Assembly (NCBI GenBank): GCA_010015805.1 | Contig: ML978137.1 | Coordinates: 1-64,000 of the forward strand | Direction of reading: 5' to 3' | Length of the DNA stretch: 64,000 bases | From: Rhizodiscina lignyota | Lineage: Eukaryota | In this document: positions 24,429 to 38,726 of the stretch, in pieces | Position numbering within the stretch: position 1 is the stretch's first letter | Layout: each line of letters begins with the position of its first letter | Translations under genes and position numbers: made by a program | Notes under the pieces: model-generated | Seen by the model: the letters and a program-made list of their open reading frames with translations, nothing else | Database searches by the model: none | What the model was told of the DNA's origin: nothing

Positions 24429-25955
24429 ATGTCTTCTTCAACAGTAGCAGGAATAGCAACCGCCTCGTTCAGCGACTTGCCGACCGACATCTTCCTGATC
24501 ATCAAGGGCTTCCTCAATCCTGATGACTTTTTCAACCTCGCCCACGTCTGCCGAGGCTTCAACATGCTCCTCAAAGACAAATTAGAGAAGTACCAATACC
24601 GCCGTGCCATCTGGAGAAACGTAGAGGTCGACATATCCAACCCCGATTCCACAAGTCGTCTTTCGATCTGGGAACTTCTCTTCCATATCGTAGCAGACCC
24701 GTCCATACCATACTTCATCAAGAATTTAACGATTCGATATACAGGAGACATCCGTCCAGCCTGTAGCCACTGTATTTGGGGCACGTTATTTGATAATTTC
24801 TGCTACGATCAAGACATTGATCAATTTGATCTCGATAAAGACGATGCTCTGGGAGCTCTTTCAGCATTGATCGAGAACTCACCTTACACGAAATACATGG
24901 AAATTTTGGAACAGAGGGGTGAAACCTTGACCCGGAGGGGCCGCACGTACCAAACACGCAGAAGCTGGAGTAGGCTCATAGAACGCGGGTCTACCCACGC
25001 GGCTGCAGCGCTGCTCTTCATCACGCTCCCCAGAGTCGAAAAGTTGGCTATCCACGCCGATAATTTTGAATACTCGGAGATCCAGCGCCTCTTCCCCGAA
25101 GTTATGCTAGCAATCGCTTTTTTGAACTCTTTGGCGATTCGCAGCGATCCACTGAATTTTGACAGACTTGACCGTGCGCGGTCGGCTCTTGAGGGCTCGA
25201 GGGATTCATTGTCGTTGACAAGGGTGCGGAATCTCGAAATTCGTCCTCTGAATGATAATGTCGAGGGGATGAAATTGTCTGAGGCAGCAGAATTTATGCG
25301 CCTCCCCTCAGTCAGAGATATCAGCATTCACAAGCTAACACCACTGCGACTGGGGACCTACAGTCGTATAGGGAAATGGTATGGGGATAAATACTTCTTG
25401 TCACACGCTGAGAGGCTTCGAATCTCAGACTCGTCCACCATCGACGGCCGCGGCATGGAGTATCTCCTGGCTCGCATGCCGCATTTGACGGCATTATCCT
25501 ACCATTTCGGCGCCAAGTTCCACAAAAGAGACTGGGAGGTGCTCCAGGTACTCCAGCAGCAAGCCGGTCAGCGTCTTCGCGAACTTGATCTCATCCCAGC
25601 AAAACACGCGCCTCCGCAACACAAGTCTTTCTCCTCCGACCTCTCCAAAATCCTGGCCCGCAACTTCGCGAAGCTGAAGCGCCTCGCCGTGCCCATCGAC
25701 GCGCTTCCCGCGTACAAGGCCGCGAAGATTTCCAGCTGGCTTCCGCCTTCGGTGGAGAGTCTGCAGGTTTATGACTGGAGCACGGACGGGAAATCTATTC
25801 CCGCTCTGTTCGAGGAGCACTTGTGTGAAGCGGACTGCAATCTGCCTCGGCTGCAGGAGATATGCGTCGTTGGTAAGGCGGGGAGGTGGTGCAATGGTTG
25901 GAATGAAATGCTGCTTGACCAGGGGCGTGTCGAGTTCGAGTTTCGGGTGGAGTAG
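24429..25955 (+). CDS. F-box domain protein with LRR-like C-terminal region, single exon
   Basis: F-box-like FSDLPTDIFLIIKGFL...FFNLAHVCRGF, followed by LPxLxxL-type segments (LPRVEKL, LPSVRDI, MPHLTAL, LPPSVESL, LPRLQEI). Confidence 0.75.
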   Translation: MSSSTVAGIATASFSDLPTDIFLIIKGFLNPDDFFNLAHVCRGFNMLLKDKLEKYQYRRAIWRNVEVDISNPDSTSRLSIWELLFHIVADPSIPYFIKNLTIRYTGDIRPACSHCIWGTLFDNFCYDQDIDQFDLDKDDALGALSALIENSPYTKYMEILEQRGETLTRRGRTYQTRRSWSRLIERGSTHAAAALLFITLPRVEKLAIHADNFEYSEIQRLFPEVMLAIAFLNSLAIRSDPLNFDRLDRARSALEGSRDSLSLTRVRNLEIRPLNDNVEGMKLSEAAEFMRLPSVRDISIHKLTPLRLGTYSRIGKWYGDKYFLSHAERLRISDSSTIDGRGMEYLLARMPHLTALSYHFGAKFHKRDWEVLQVLQQQAGQRLRELDLIPAKHAPPQHKSFSSDLSKILARNFAKLKRLAVPIDALPAYKAAKISSWLPPSVESLQVYDWSTDGKSIPALFEEHLCEADCNLPRLQEICVVGKAGRWCNGWNEMLLDQGRVEFEFRVE

Positions 25956-27749
25956 TTGGAGGTTGAGATGGATGGCATAGGTTAGTTTGTAGAAGGCTTT
26001 AGTTAGATTAGCTAGAATGGAATTTGTGCAGTAGTCTAGATCTGTTTTGACGAAGCCTTCGGCGCGGCTCTAAGTGATTCTGTCTCCGCGGCTGATGGTG
26101 ATGCTGAGAAAATACCACATAAGAGTGCTGACCTTCGCATGCAGTGCGATGAGACTCATGAAATACAAGAGTTGTAGGAATTTCCGCCTTTGTGCATGTT
26201 GTGCTGGGCATCGCGGAAGGAGAAGCGATTATGCTTCCAAGCTTTCCGAAGCTGACGCAAAATGTAAAGGCGGATCCCGCGAATAATCGAAGTCGCGATT
26301 GATATACAGTAACGGTCTGTAAACCAACTCTGTACAACTTAGCATAAGGCACTTTCGTGCTCGGTATAGCTGTAGTAGTAGGCCGCCTCGCAGATCGAAC
26401 AGGTTGGGCAGGTACTGGTGACGACCTTGCAGAGTTTCTCTTTCAGTACTGTGAAAAGTTTATAGACAAGAGAAGTAGGTTCGGTTCACTGAATTGGCTG
26501 TGAATGGATTAGCTTATAAAGCGAATACCCTCATGTTTCATGAACAGCGCAGGAATCGCTCGTCGAAACAGCGGGCAAGGCTTTAGAAGAAGGTCGAATG
26601 ATTGACCCTATAGAACGGACAAATCGACAGCCTGCTATTAGAATGCTTTAGCCGAATAAGCACCGCGAACAATTTTCCCAAATTCGCGCAGGCGTCTCGA
26701 GCGGACCCCGCGTATAATCAAACGCGTGCTCAGTCAATAGATGCAGCTTAGAGCTTAACATTGAAGAGTGCAACCTATCCTACCTCTTGTGTACTGCGTA
26801 CACCTTAATGCAGAAGGCTAAACGGAAGGACTGCTAAACTGTAGAGCCGGGGCCAAATGGGACAAGTCAGTCAGATCGATAGACAATCGAGCATCCCGAA
26901 ATCAGAGTAAAGCTACGGAGGAAGGATGGTTCGAAGCGGATGGCGAGAGATAGTGCTGTGCACGATAGTATGGAAGATGTGGAAATGGCGATAGGTAAAC
27001 CTTTGGACATTACGATCAAACCAACGAAAAGTGAAGTGCTTCGGGGCAACTTTAATGAAGAGCTCGACATGTCCAGCTCAGGGGAACAACGCGTCGCTCC
27101 CGGACGCCTTTCCCTAATGAAGCTTAGTGCGCGCCATTTGTATCGGATATTAAAGTCATCCGCTCTTCCTTTCCTTTCAACCTCGAACATCTTCAGACAA
27201 GAGCGTCCTGGCAGTGCGTCCATCTCTCATACGCCCTGGATGTCATTTTTGACCTCCAAGGATGGAATGTTTATGCCTGGTCTATGGGCTCTCTGGACAA
27301 GCATCAAGGCGACGATCCTCATGGACCACATCAAGTACTTGCTCAAACTCCACGCTCTCCACAATTCATTAAAATTCCAACTTTTCTGGAAGATGTTTGC
27401 CAACCGAATCCTCCCTTTCGGCATCTACTGTTCCATCAAGAACGATAATCACGATCCTCCTTCGCTTATAGAAGCAGGTCATGCGAAGTTCCCCTCTTTC
27501 TGGTGCATGCTTTGGGACGCCAAGATAATTAGGATACGACGTTCAATATTCCACCAGTATTTATGCTAATGGTAAAAGCTATTTCCTTATACCATACCCG
27601 AATAGTTTATTTTGGCACATTTTCATTCGCATCCTTCCTGCTTCGCGCGATCGAATTCACTCCGCATGCCGGTTGTTCCGGAGAACTGCTATGATGTAGG
27701 TGTATAAAAGAGTCAAAATATTTCACGTCTTATTTCCGTAAGGTCTTAG

Positions 27750-29123
<1,374 letters not shown>

Positions 29124-30020
29124 TGTTTGCGCGTCTACGCTTCTAAATTGCCAAATTGCATAAGTGCCAATTCTTTCGGTGCTCGCAAACATGTCAATAT
29201 AGTTCTCGGGTTGTATAGCTTCACGTGCCATTGCTCAAGCACAAGCTCGAGTTTACGCCCCATATCCGTCTAAAGCAAGATTATTCCCCTTTGATTCTCT
29301 TCATCCATGTCCCTGCGTAAGGCCGCACTACCCTACGAAAATCTACGCCGCTCCCGCTGCGACATTGTTATTTCCAGTGTTGAAATCCTCCGACGATCAA
29401 AATAGAGTAGATCTCTGAGCCCTTGTCGGTGTAATGCCTGCGCAACTCCGATTGAGGGTATCAATGGAAGCAGGGAGTTTTATTAGCCTGAATCCCATTG
29501 GGCATTCTTGGAAGATATCGGAGTGCTTCCCATATCGCACCATAGCACATGAGGTCGTCTTCCGATGCCTTAAGACCAGCCATCCGATCCACGTCATTTT
29601 TGGCATAGGGGTGGGGGTAGTCCCCGGAACACTGCTTTGGAGTAAACAATGCGCGTCTTGTAGCCAATTTGGACCATCAAATTCAGTAGAGGTTAACCAC
29701 TCATCAGACATGTCTGAAAACAGCAATGCGAGAATCCTGCGGAGTCATACCCGTAATTGGGCGCACAGGAGGTGCATTTTTGGCGTGTTGCGGCGGACGG
29801 GAGTTTCTACTGAAAAGGGCAAAAAGGGCAACTTCGAGATCCATTCTTTACCCCACCCTTTGTACCCTTGACTGCTTTCCTTAACTCCACAAGGTCAAAT
29901 TGTTCGTCTGACATAAAATGGCCCGGAAAGAAGCCACTGCCTCTTCCGGGAGGACCTTCTCTTACATATCAAGAAACTTTGCTGTGAATAATCTTTTCCA
30001 TCACAAACTACATATTCATC

Positions 30021-30596
30021 ATGGCACCCTCACTTCATCCCCTCCTCGACAACGGCCTCACCAAAGGCAGCGACAGCTTCTCCGGCGGTACACTGCGATG
30101 CCGTTGCTCGAACAACAAGGTTGAAGTCAAACTGGACGGCAACGTGCTTCATAACCATGCCTGCGGCTGCTCCCAGTGCTGGAAGCCTTCCGGAGCGGTT
30201 TTCTCAGTCGTCGGCGTCATCCCCGATGACAAAGTCAAAGTAATAGCAAACGAAAACAAGCTGGAAGTCGTCAACAAGGACGCTACTATTCTACGAAACG
30301 CATGCAAAGAGTGTGGTGTTCACATGTACGGACCTATCCACAAGGATCACCCATTCAAGGGCCTCACCTTCGTCCATGCGGAACTGTCGGACGAGAAGGG
30401 GTGGCAGGAGCCGCAGTTTGCAGCATTCGTGTCGTCGATCATCGAGCAGGGATACGATCCGAAGAGCATGGGTGATGTGAGGTCGAAGCTGAAGTCTGTT
30501 GGTCTCGAGCCGTACGATTGTTTGAGCCCAGCACTCATGGATGCCATGGCGACTTGGACGGCACAGAAATCGGGCGTGTTGAAGGCCAACATTTAA
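30021..30596 (+). CDS. gfa: Glutathione-dependent formaldehyde-activating enzyme (S-(hydroxymethyl)glutathione synthase)
   Basis: [61 protein letters not shown]. Full Zn-ligand pattern, 191 aa. Confidence 0.93.
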   Translation: MAPSLHPLLDNGLTKGSDSFSGGTLRCRCSNNKVEVKLDGNVLHNHACGCSQCWKPSGAVFSVVGVIPDDKVKVIANENKLEVVNKDATILRNACKECGVHMYGPIHKDHPFKGLTFVHAELSDEKGWQEPQFAAFVSSIIEQGYDPKSMGDVRSKLKSVGLEPYDCLSPALMDAMATWTAQKSGVLKANI

Positions 30597-30886
30597 TTGC
30601 AGCAGTGCTAGAGCATTAGTAGTGATGTTCTCGAAGAGTTGAACGTACGACCTTTGATGCCGATTGATTTTTGTAAGTATAAACGGAGAGATTGAGACGC
30701 GCGTCTTTGCAAACGCACTCTTGTTCGATCCAACACATGACAACTACCCACTTTCAATGCATCTTATTGTGTCGCGTGACGCCTTTGTACTGCTTGCCAA
30801 ATTCGGATCCCGCGGTGACCAATAGAAGAGAAGTACATTGGACGAGTAACAGAGGTACGCAAGCATCGATTTGATATTAAAGATAC

Positions 30887-31878
30887 TTATAGCTTCGCAG
30901 AACCTGACCCCCTTTCAGCCCGGAGCATCGCTTTAATTTCTTCACCAACTGAGTCCCTGTTGCTGGTGAATGTCCCTGGTCCACGTGGGCCTGGGTCGTT
31001 GAGCAGAAAGACCTGGCGCCATTCCTTTGCGATTTCCAAAATCGTGCCCGGAGGGTATTTCTCTTTCTCAGTGGCCACAGCCATCATCCCTCTTGCAATT
31101 TCCTCTGGCATCACCACGTAGTCTGTCTCTCTGTTGAGGAATTTCATGGCGTTCGGGTGATCCAGGAATAGCGGGCTGAGAGTGACACCTGGGGCGACAC
31201 CAACTACTCGGATGCCTGCCCACTCCTGAAGCGGAGCCATGGCTCGGGTGAAGCTACTGATCCCATGCTTGGAGCACTGGTAAAGTGGTGTCGTGATACT
31301 CGATTTCTGCGCACCAATACTGGAGATGTGCAATATGATACCGGGTTGGTCGGCTTGCAACATCTTTCGGATCGCGATGCGCATCATCTTGATTGGTGCT
31401 AGCAAGTTGATATCGAGAAGAGTGTAGTGGCCATCTTTATCTTTGTCGTTCCAGAAGTTGTTGAATGACTGAGTCCTCATCAGTACGAAATTCTACTCTT
31501 TAATCCGATGACTTACCGGCTCGTAAACACCAGCTCCTGGACAGACGAGATAAGGCGTTCCACCAATCTCGCGCTTGTACACATCAAAGACTGCCTCAAG
31601 CTCTTTCCAGTCGGCGACGCTGGCCTTGTAGAAGTAGACTTTTGTGGGGCCATTCTTTGGTAGAGAGTCCATCCACGCCTGGCAATCATGGCGGACCCTG
31701 AGGTCCATTATTAGGACATGGCATCCTGCATCGTATAGCTTTTTCGCAAATTCAAAGCAGATACCTTTACAAATTTTTTATTAGGATATGATTTAGGTCC
31801 TGCAGAGAAAGAAAACAACTTACCTCCACCAGCCCCAGTAACAATCGCCCCCTTTCCTCGAAGCTCAGTGGGAGACAT
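30887..31878 (-). CDS. Short-chain dehydrogenase/reductase (15-hydroxyprostaglandin dehydrogenase-like), multi-exon
   Basis: AIVTGAGG|GIC Rossmann motif, VCPGAGVYEP, ISSIG, catalytic YQCSK, IRVVGVAPG. Confidence 0.88.
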
Positions 31879-32191
31879 TATCGGTTCGTCGAATTGCCCT
31901 TTTGCTGGAAAGGGAAGTGGAATTTGATCGAGAATGAGAGAATGCCTGACTTAAATTATGTACGATAGAATACCCGAGACTGGGAAAGGTGGAGGCCGGC
32001 GGGTGGTCTTGATGGACCTCGACTGTTTGGACGAATCGCCGGATGCCGATCTTCCGTCAGCCTGCATGGGGACGAGCCTCCACATCTGTAGCAGCATCAT
32101 GGCTTGGCTTTGATGCTCACATGTTCAATTATTGACTGGAAAAAGAACCGTAGCTTTTTTCCTCTATAGGATATCAAAATTTTGCTCTAAA

Positions 32192-33367
32192 ATGGGCGAA
32201 GAGCCTTACTTTCACGTGCCCGCAGGTGAGGTGGCGGGGGTCAAGATAATTGACAACACAACGAGGATATCGAAGCTTGCGTCATCCTTTACTCTCAAGC
32301 CACCTGTGGAAGGCTTCGATTATTTCATGAATTCTCCATCTTGGACGTTCTTGATTGAGAGCCCTTCCGGCAAGAAGGCACTGTTCGATCTCGGAGTACC
32401 GAAGGATTGGGCGGATATGTCACCACTTATCACCGGTATGATCAAACAATATGATTGGGATATCAATGTCGAGAAAGATATGGCAGATGTATTAAAGGAA
32501 CACGGAGTTTTGCTTGATGATATTGGCAGCATAATCTGGAGGTAAAGGCGGTCTTTGGAGTACGGAGCGTAAACCGTCTGACGCAGCCATCCAGCCACTT
32601 TCACTGGGACCATATCGGAGATTGTTCCACGTTCCCTTCATCTACCGACCTGGTAGTGGGACCAGGCTTCAAAGTTGCACTTCTCCCGGGGTATCCTGCC
32701 AAAGAAGATTCTCCAGTCAGAGAGAAAGACTTCAAGTAACCTTACGCCACAAACAGCCATCGGCCGAACGCTAATACTTAGCAGGGGACGGAAGGTGGTA
32801 GAAGTTGATTTCGAAACTCAGCAGACCGTGAAGCTCGGAGATATGGAAGCAATCGACTTCTTCGGCGACGGCTCCTTTTATCTTCTTGACACCCCCGGCC
32901 ATGCGATCGGTCATCTTGCTGGCCTCGCTCGCACTTCGAAGAACCCCGACACTTTCATCTTCATGGGTGGCGACCTCTGCCATCACGCTGGTGAAATGCG
33001 GCCATCGAAGTATCTACCAATTCCCGCTGAAATATTACCACACCCTTGGATTCAGCATGCACAGAAGCCTTGCCCGGGAGCCCTCCTTGAAAATCTACAA
33101 AAGTCCAGAGGCCGAGCTGTGGATGAGCCCATCTATGATCCTGTAATGGGTCACTCAATGGAAGAGACGATCGAAACCATCAAGAAAGCGCAAGAGGCAG
33201 ATGGGAAGGACAATATCTTCTTTATATTTGCCCATGACGACTCCCTCTATGGAGAAGTGGATCTCTTTCCATTGTCGGCAAATCAATGGAAGCAGAAGGG
33301 ATGGCGACAGAAGCTTATGTGGAAGTTTTTAAAAGACTTCAAACAGGCCCTGGAATTGCAACAATGA
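32192..33367 (+). CDS. Metallo-beta-lactamase-fold hydrolase (AHL-lactonase / fungal gamma-lactamase-like), 3 exons
   Basis: LFDLG, IIW|SHFHWDHIGD (HxHxDH), DFFGDGSFYLLDTPGHAIGH, MGGDLCH, FAHD. Confidence 0.9.
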
Positions 33368-33406
33368 CGTATTTCGGCTTCTGAAATTTACAATTTGTAC
33401 AATACA

Positions 33407-34302
33407 TTACTTCGGAACGTCTCCCGCAAGTGTGATGCGATGCATCAAACGCTTGTAACCGTAATAATCGTTTATTGGGTAGTGCTTTACGTCTGTCAGT
33501 CGAGACTCCGTTATAGACACTTGCTTTAACATACCTGAACGCAGCGATTGTCCCAAAAGGCAATGGTCCCGGGCTTCCACCGAAGGCGACATGTGAACTC
33601 TGGCTTAATTTGATGCTGGAAGAGATACTGTAGCAGTGGAGCGCTCTCCTCTTCAGTCCAACCCTCAAACTTGGTTGTATGTGCAACGTTGACGTAAAGC
33701 GCTTTCCGGCCAGTCTCGGGATGCGTCCTGACGACGGGGTGCCACACTGCATAATCTTTCGTGTCGGCTGATTTGGCAGAGTCCTTGAGTCGGTCCTCGC
33801 GAGTGTTGCTGGCGTCCGCTTTCGCGGAACTTTGCAGGCAACGCATACCATCGAGCGTCTTTTTCAGCCCTTCGCTCAAAGAGTCGTAGGCAGCATATTG
33901 GTTTGCCCACATAGTATCACCCCCATATGGCGGCAGCTCCCTTGCTAGAAGGATTGATCCCATCGGAGGCTCATCCAGATACGTTGTGTCTGAATGCCAT
34001 ACTCCACCAAAGTTGACCTTCTCATTCTCTTTCTTCAGGATTTGAATGACTTCCGGGCATCCATCAAGGCCTTTCACAAACGGATATTCAACCGGCTTTC
34101 CAAACTTTGCAGAGAAGTCCAAGAATTCTTGCGGACTCAGGTTCTGGTCGCGGAAGAAGATGACGCCGGTATCAAGGAAGACTTTGCGGATCTCGTCTGC
34201 TGTGGCCTGGTCGAGGTTGCGTAGATCGACTCCGCTGATTTCTGCACCACAACCTCCTGCCACTCTCTCGAACTGGACCGAGTTTTCCTCTCGATGAGGC
34301 AT
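33407..34302 (-). CDS. TauD/TfdA-family Fe(II)/2-oxoglutarate dioxygenase (one intron ~33485-33534)
   Basis: GAEISGVDL, VIFFRDQ, WHSDTTY (HxD), GGDT, HPVVRTHPETGRKALYVN, FWDNRCVQ|HYP, KRLMHRIT. Confidence 0.93.
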
Positions 34303-34832
34303 GTTGAATATAAATATCCCTTATGGCCTGTGCCTGACGCGTGACTGCTGTGACGGTCAATTCATTCACAAGCCCTTTCCACTCCTGAGGCTACAGAAGC
34401 TTTCACCGGCCTTGCGCGGGAATAAACGCTCTTTAAATAATACAACTTATTGGAATTGAACGTATAGAGTCTCTAGTGGTGCTTCTGAGGATTCCTAAAT
34501 CGGAGTGACGCGTGCACTCCACTGGATTTGAGGCCTCGGATCCTCGGAGACGAGGAGAAACGAGCCATTCATGTATCTCCCCGCACCCGCTATCGGCAGG
34601 ATCACGGACGTCACAGGTCTCGTGCGGCATCTTTGTGGGACGACTTGAACGATTTCTTGAGTGGATAGACTAAGCTTTGTTGCCGCGCGGACCGTAACCT
34701 TCCTAATGTATTTGCAGCCTAACATTGTGCTGTGGGGTACTTCTACAAATTTCTACGGATATAAGATGGGTCTAATTTTTGTCTCTGAGAACACGGAGCA
34801 ATGGATACGTTCAAAAAGTCAGCTTGAATTAC

Positions 34833-36572
34833 TCAGGACATCTTTGGTCTCTGTTCTTCTCCAGTGATTTGATCATTCTCGAGATGCTCCGCGACATTGA
34901 CGCCTTTCTCTCCATCCTGAGCCTCCAAAGTATTGGCATCGTGTAGTTTGACGGCAACCTATATAACAATTTAGTATTATGATATCGCATTGAATGAGAG
35001 CATCGCTCACCTTGTCGCCAAAGAGTGCAGCAACTTCCTCCAATGGTACGTTCGCTGTCTCGGGGAACTTGAAGTACACGACGATTATGAAGATGGCGTC
35101 CGTGAAGACAAAGATCAGGAAATATCGCCAACTGATCGCGGCAATAGCGATTGGAGTGACTTGGACCCTGTAATTCTTTAGCGGATACCCTTGGATTTTG
35201 CTCCGGAAGTGGCTTTACAGCATGATAATGATTGCATTGAGCATGGCGAAACCAAATGCCAGCCCAGTTGCGCGAATCTCCATAGGCTACAGAAGTTAGC
35301 GGATCATCACTTGTAGCGGAACAAGTGTACTAACAAGGATTTCGGGAGTGTATGCATAGCCAAAGCTGTTCAAGATCCATGCATACCCAACGAGGTACAC
35401 AAACATAGACCAGAGTGCCAAGTCGCCAAGTATCTTGTCGGTATTGCCAGAGTGTTCGTACCGAGCCCAGAATGCCACAAGCATGATGCTACCCACCAAG
35501 ACGCCGGACATGGAGATGAAGAAAGACTTCCGTCTACCGATCTTGTCAAAGAAGAAAGCGCCGCCGCAGGAGAATATCACACCAAGGGAGCCCCAGACTC
35601 CAACAAGCACCAAGGGGATCTTGCCCGAGATTCCCAGTGACTGGTATAGAATAACCTGGTAATTCTGAAGCGGAATGATGGCTGTTAGCTGCTGGAACAT
35701 GAAGAAGAAGAGAATGATGAGCAATCTCTTCCGGTATGATGGGCGTTTCATGATCGAGATGATGCCGAGCTGCGGATTTTCTTGTTCTAGTCGGATCTGT
35801 GCTTCGATCTGATTGAACTCGCGTCTGTAGAAGGGTACTTCTTCGTCATCCTCGCTCTCGTTTGAGTTGGTGCCGTGGAGTTTCTCGAGAACTCGAAGGG
35901 CTTCTTCGTGTCGTTGCTGGACTACGAGCCACCTGGGTGACTCCGGCATCCAAATTGAGCCCAGCAACATAATAGCGGCACAGAGAAGCTGGAGACCGAT
36001 AAAAAGCCGCCATTTCAATTGCCCACTCTTAATATATGAAAATCCGAGGCCCATCCATTCTGTGAGGGAGTAGGAGACGTTGATATTGATGCTGTTATTC
36101 GTCAGTGCTGTTCAGCATTACAAAAAGTGGTTGCTGCGTCCTCTCACTTGTAAAGCCCTCCGACACGTCCTCGAACGTGAGGTGGCGACACCTCGCTTGC
36201 GTACAAAGGACACAAAGCAACGATAATGCCACAGGCGATGCCTCCAATTGCTCTCCCCGCTAACAGGACACCCAAAGATTTGGCGCCAGTTTGCAGCCCA
36301 GCGCCCAATATCGATATGACAGAAGCGAAGCGAACAACATTGAGACGTCCGAATTTGTCTGGCAGCCAAATATTCAGGAGACTCCCGACGAAGTTGCCCG
36401 CGTAGTATGCGGACCCAAGGGCGCCGAGTGTGGTAGCATTGAAGTTGAAATACTCGATGAATTCCGGATAGCCGATAATGCTGGTTGTCAATCCCGAATC
36501 ATAGCCGTAGAAGAAGGCTCCAAAGGAGCAATAGATAATACAAAGAAGATTATATCTATTCATCGTGAGCAT
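34833..36572 (-). CDS. MFS sugar-porter family transporter, multi-exon (start codon uncertain)
   Basis: FFYGYDSG, DKFGR, GRAIGG, LYASEVSPPHVRG, PESPRWL, QQLT, DKIGRR, YTPEI, FPET.NVPLEE and multiple TM segments. Confidence 0.88.
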
Positions 36573-37836
36573 GTATCTATTGCAGCCATGCAGCAGTGCA
36601 AACGGTTCATAGAACGAGTGGAATCATGAGTACTTTGCAAACGTGGGGACTTAAGACTGATCTTCGCATGCGCGTAAGTTTCTCCAGTGGATATACATTT
36701 GTGCTGGGTCAGGAACGCCATGTGGTTGTCCATTGGTCGCTGCATGTCGGTTGTATTGATTGAGTCGCACGTTGCATGCATGTGGTCCTCTCATAGTGCT
36801 GGAAAACAACGAGTGGGTCTCGCGGGGAAATCTGGGGTTAGTTCCCATGGGTATTGCGGAGTGAGTTGACGAGAAAGCCATAAAGAGTATTGTTTTGGCA
36901 CGGCCCGGTTCGGCCCACAGCGGTACTCGAAGAACACACCCGTTCGTGCGAGTCAGTGTTACATTTTTGACAGGAAATCTGTGTATTTCAAAGAGACTTG
37001 GTTTGCTGAGTTCCTTAGTCTAGACTTAATGAAATAGTTCGACGTCTTTTCCACTGATATATTCTCCCGTGCCGATTAGAAAGGAATAAGAAATGAGCAC
37101 AAGACAGCGATATAAATGCGCAAAACTGATAGGATTGAGGAGAATGGTATGGACAAGGTCTCATGTACACGCGGGTAAATGACGAACTCAAATGAGAACC
37201 GATGATGCCTTTGAGTCGCGACAACGCCGCCTCAGTAGTGTAGTCGCGTAAGTGCCGACTCTCTCCTGGCCGATTTGCTGAATGCAACGGTGCGGATGCC
37301 CAAGTGACCTAACAATGTTCGTGACGGTCGACTGGAATGTCGACGTCTCTGCCTCTCTCAAGAGGAACGCGTCCCTGGCGTTCGTCTCGAAGAAAGCTAA
37401 AATACGCTCAACGACGCTTGCACAATTGTAGTCTAGTCATACCTATCCTACACGTGACGCTAAATTTTAAAGGAGACAGGGGCTTTTCTCTCCGAGAATA
37501 CCAACCTCATTTAAGAACCCGTTTTCATTATTGATAGTGGGTATGACAGTCAAGGATTTCTATCATGAGTGGCAGGCCATGCCCGATTCCCCTCAGTTGG
37601 ATCACTTTCTCCGCCACCACAGGCCCTCGGCAACTAATGCACCCCGCAACATCGTATCTATTGAGGTGCAATTGTGGAGAGCTGCGCCATGAGCGTTGCT
37701 AGAAATGATTATCGAGAACTACTAATAAGCTGCAAGATCTCTCAAAGAATACTCCGTACAGTAAGCTCTAACCACATGAAGTCCTGAACGTCGATCACTA
37801 TTTCTTTTCTTGAAACTTACATCTCATCTCCTGGGC

Positions 37837-38726
37837 ATGACTTCTGAATCGAGCACAGTAAATGGGACTGGCCATCCTGGCATTCGTGATCTTGGTGAGG
37901 CCTACGATGAGTTCAAAGAGCAAGGTTGGACAGTGATACCCAACGTTCTGGATGAAGACCGCACGAAGGAAGTTTTAGACCACCTGTGGGCGGCCGCAGG
38001 GGAGAGCGAACGACGCGGTGAATCGACATACATGCCTCGGCTGGATCCAAACAATTCGAATGTCCGTGTATTTTATCTGATGGAGCTCGATGGGATCTTT
38101 CGCGAGCTGATATCCCATCCCGTCGCAGTGGACATTGTGAGCCGCATCCTTGGGGAGGAGTTCCTGATTAGTAATTTCACAGCCAACATTGCACGACCTG
38201 GAAGCAAGAGCATGGGTCTGCACTCTGACCAAAGTCTGCAATGTCCAGATCCATGGACAGCCACGTGGAGTCTGAATTGCATATGGGCACTACATGACGT
38301 ATACAAAGAGAACGGCGGTAAAAGGCACTTGAATACCCTTTACAAAACGAACTTGTGCTGACTTTTGGAGCGACTATGTATATTCCGGGATCGCATAAAT
38401 GGGTTACGGTCGCGGATGTCCCTGACGATGCAGAAAAGATGCTCCGGCCATTTGAAGCAAAAGCTGGGTCCATAATCGTCATGGACGGCCGGTTATGGCA
38501 TACGAGTGGGAGCAATGTGACCAAGGATCGTGACAGAGCCCTATTATTCGGAGCATACAACGCACCTTGGATGAGAGGTCAGATCAACTGGAACGCAGGC
38601 CTCAGCGAAGCATCAAAGAGCCAGTGCAGTGAGCAGCTTAAAGAGTGGCTAGGATTGAACGTAAAGGCAAACAGCGGGAAAGTGAAAGGCGTTAATCGCG
38701 TCTACCAGAAAGGAGTGGCATATTAA
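37837..38726 (+). CDS. Phytanoyl-CoA dioxygenase (PhyH)-family Fe(II)/2OG dioxygenase (intron ~38318-38370)
   Basis: EQGWTVIPNVL, GLHSDQ (HxD), IWALHD...ENG|ATMYIPGSH, AGSIIVMDGRLWHTSG.N, R.AL. Confidence 0.9.

Noticed and set aside
26000..27569. 209-aa ORF at 26940-27569 and mildly TA-rich sequence upstream
   Set aside because: No recognisable domain. It could be a degraded gene or repeat, but I cannot support a call.
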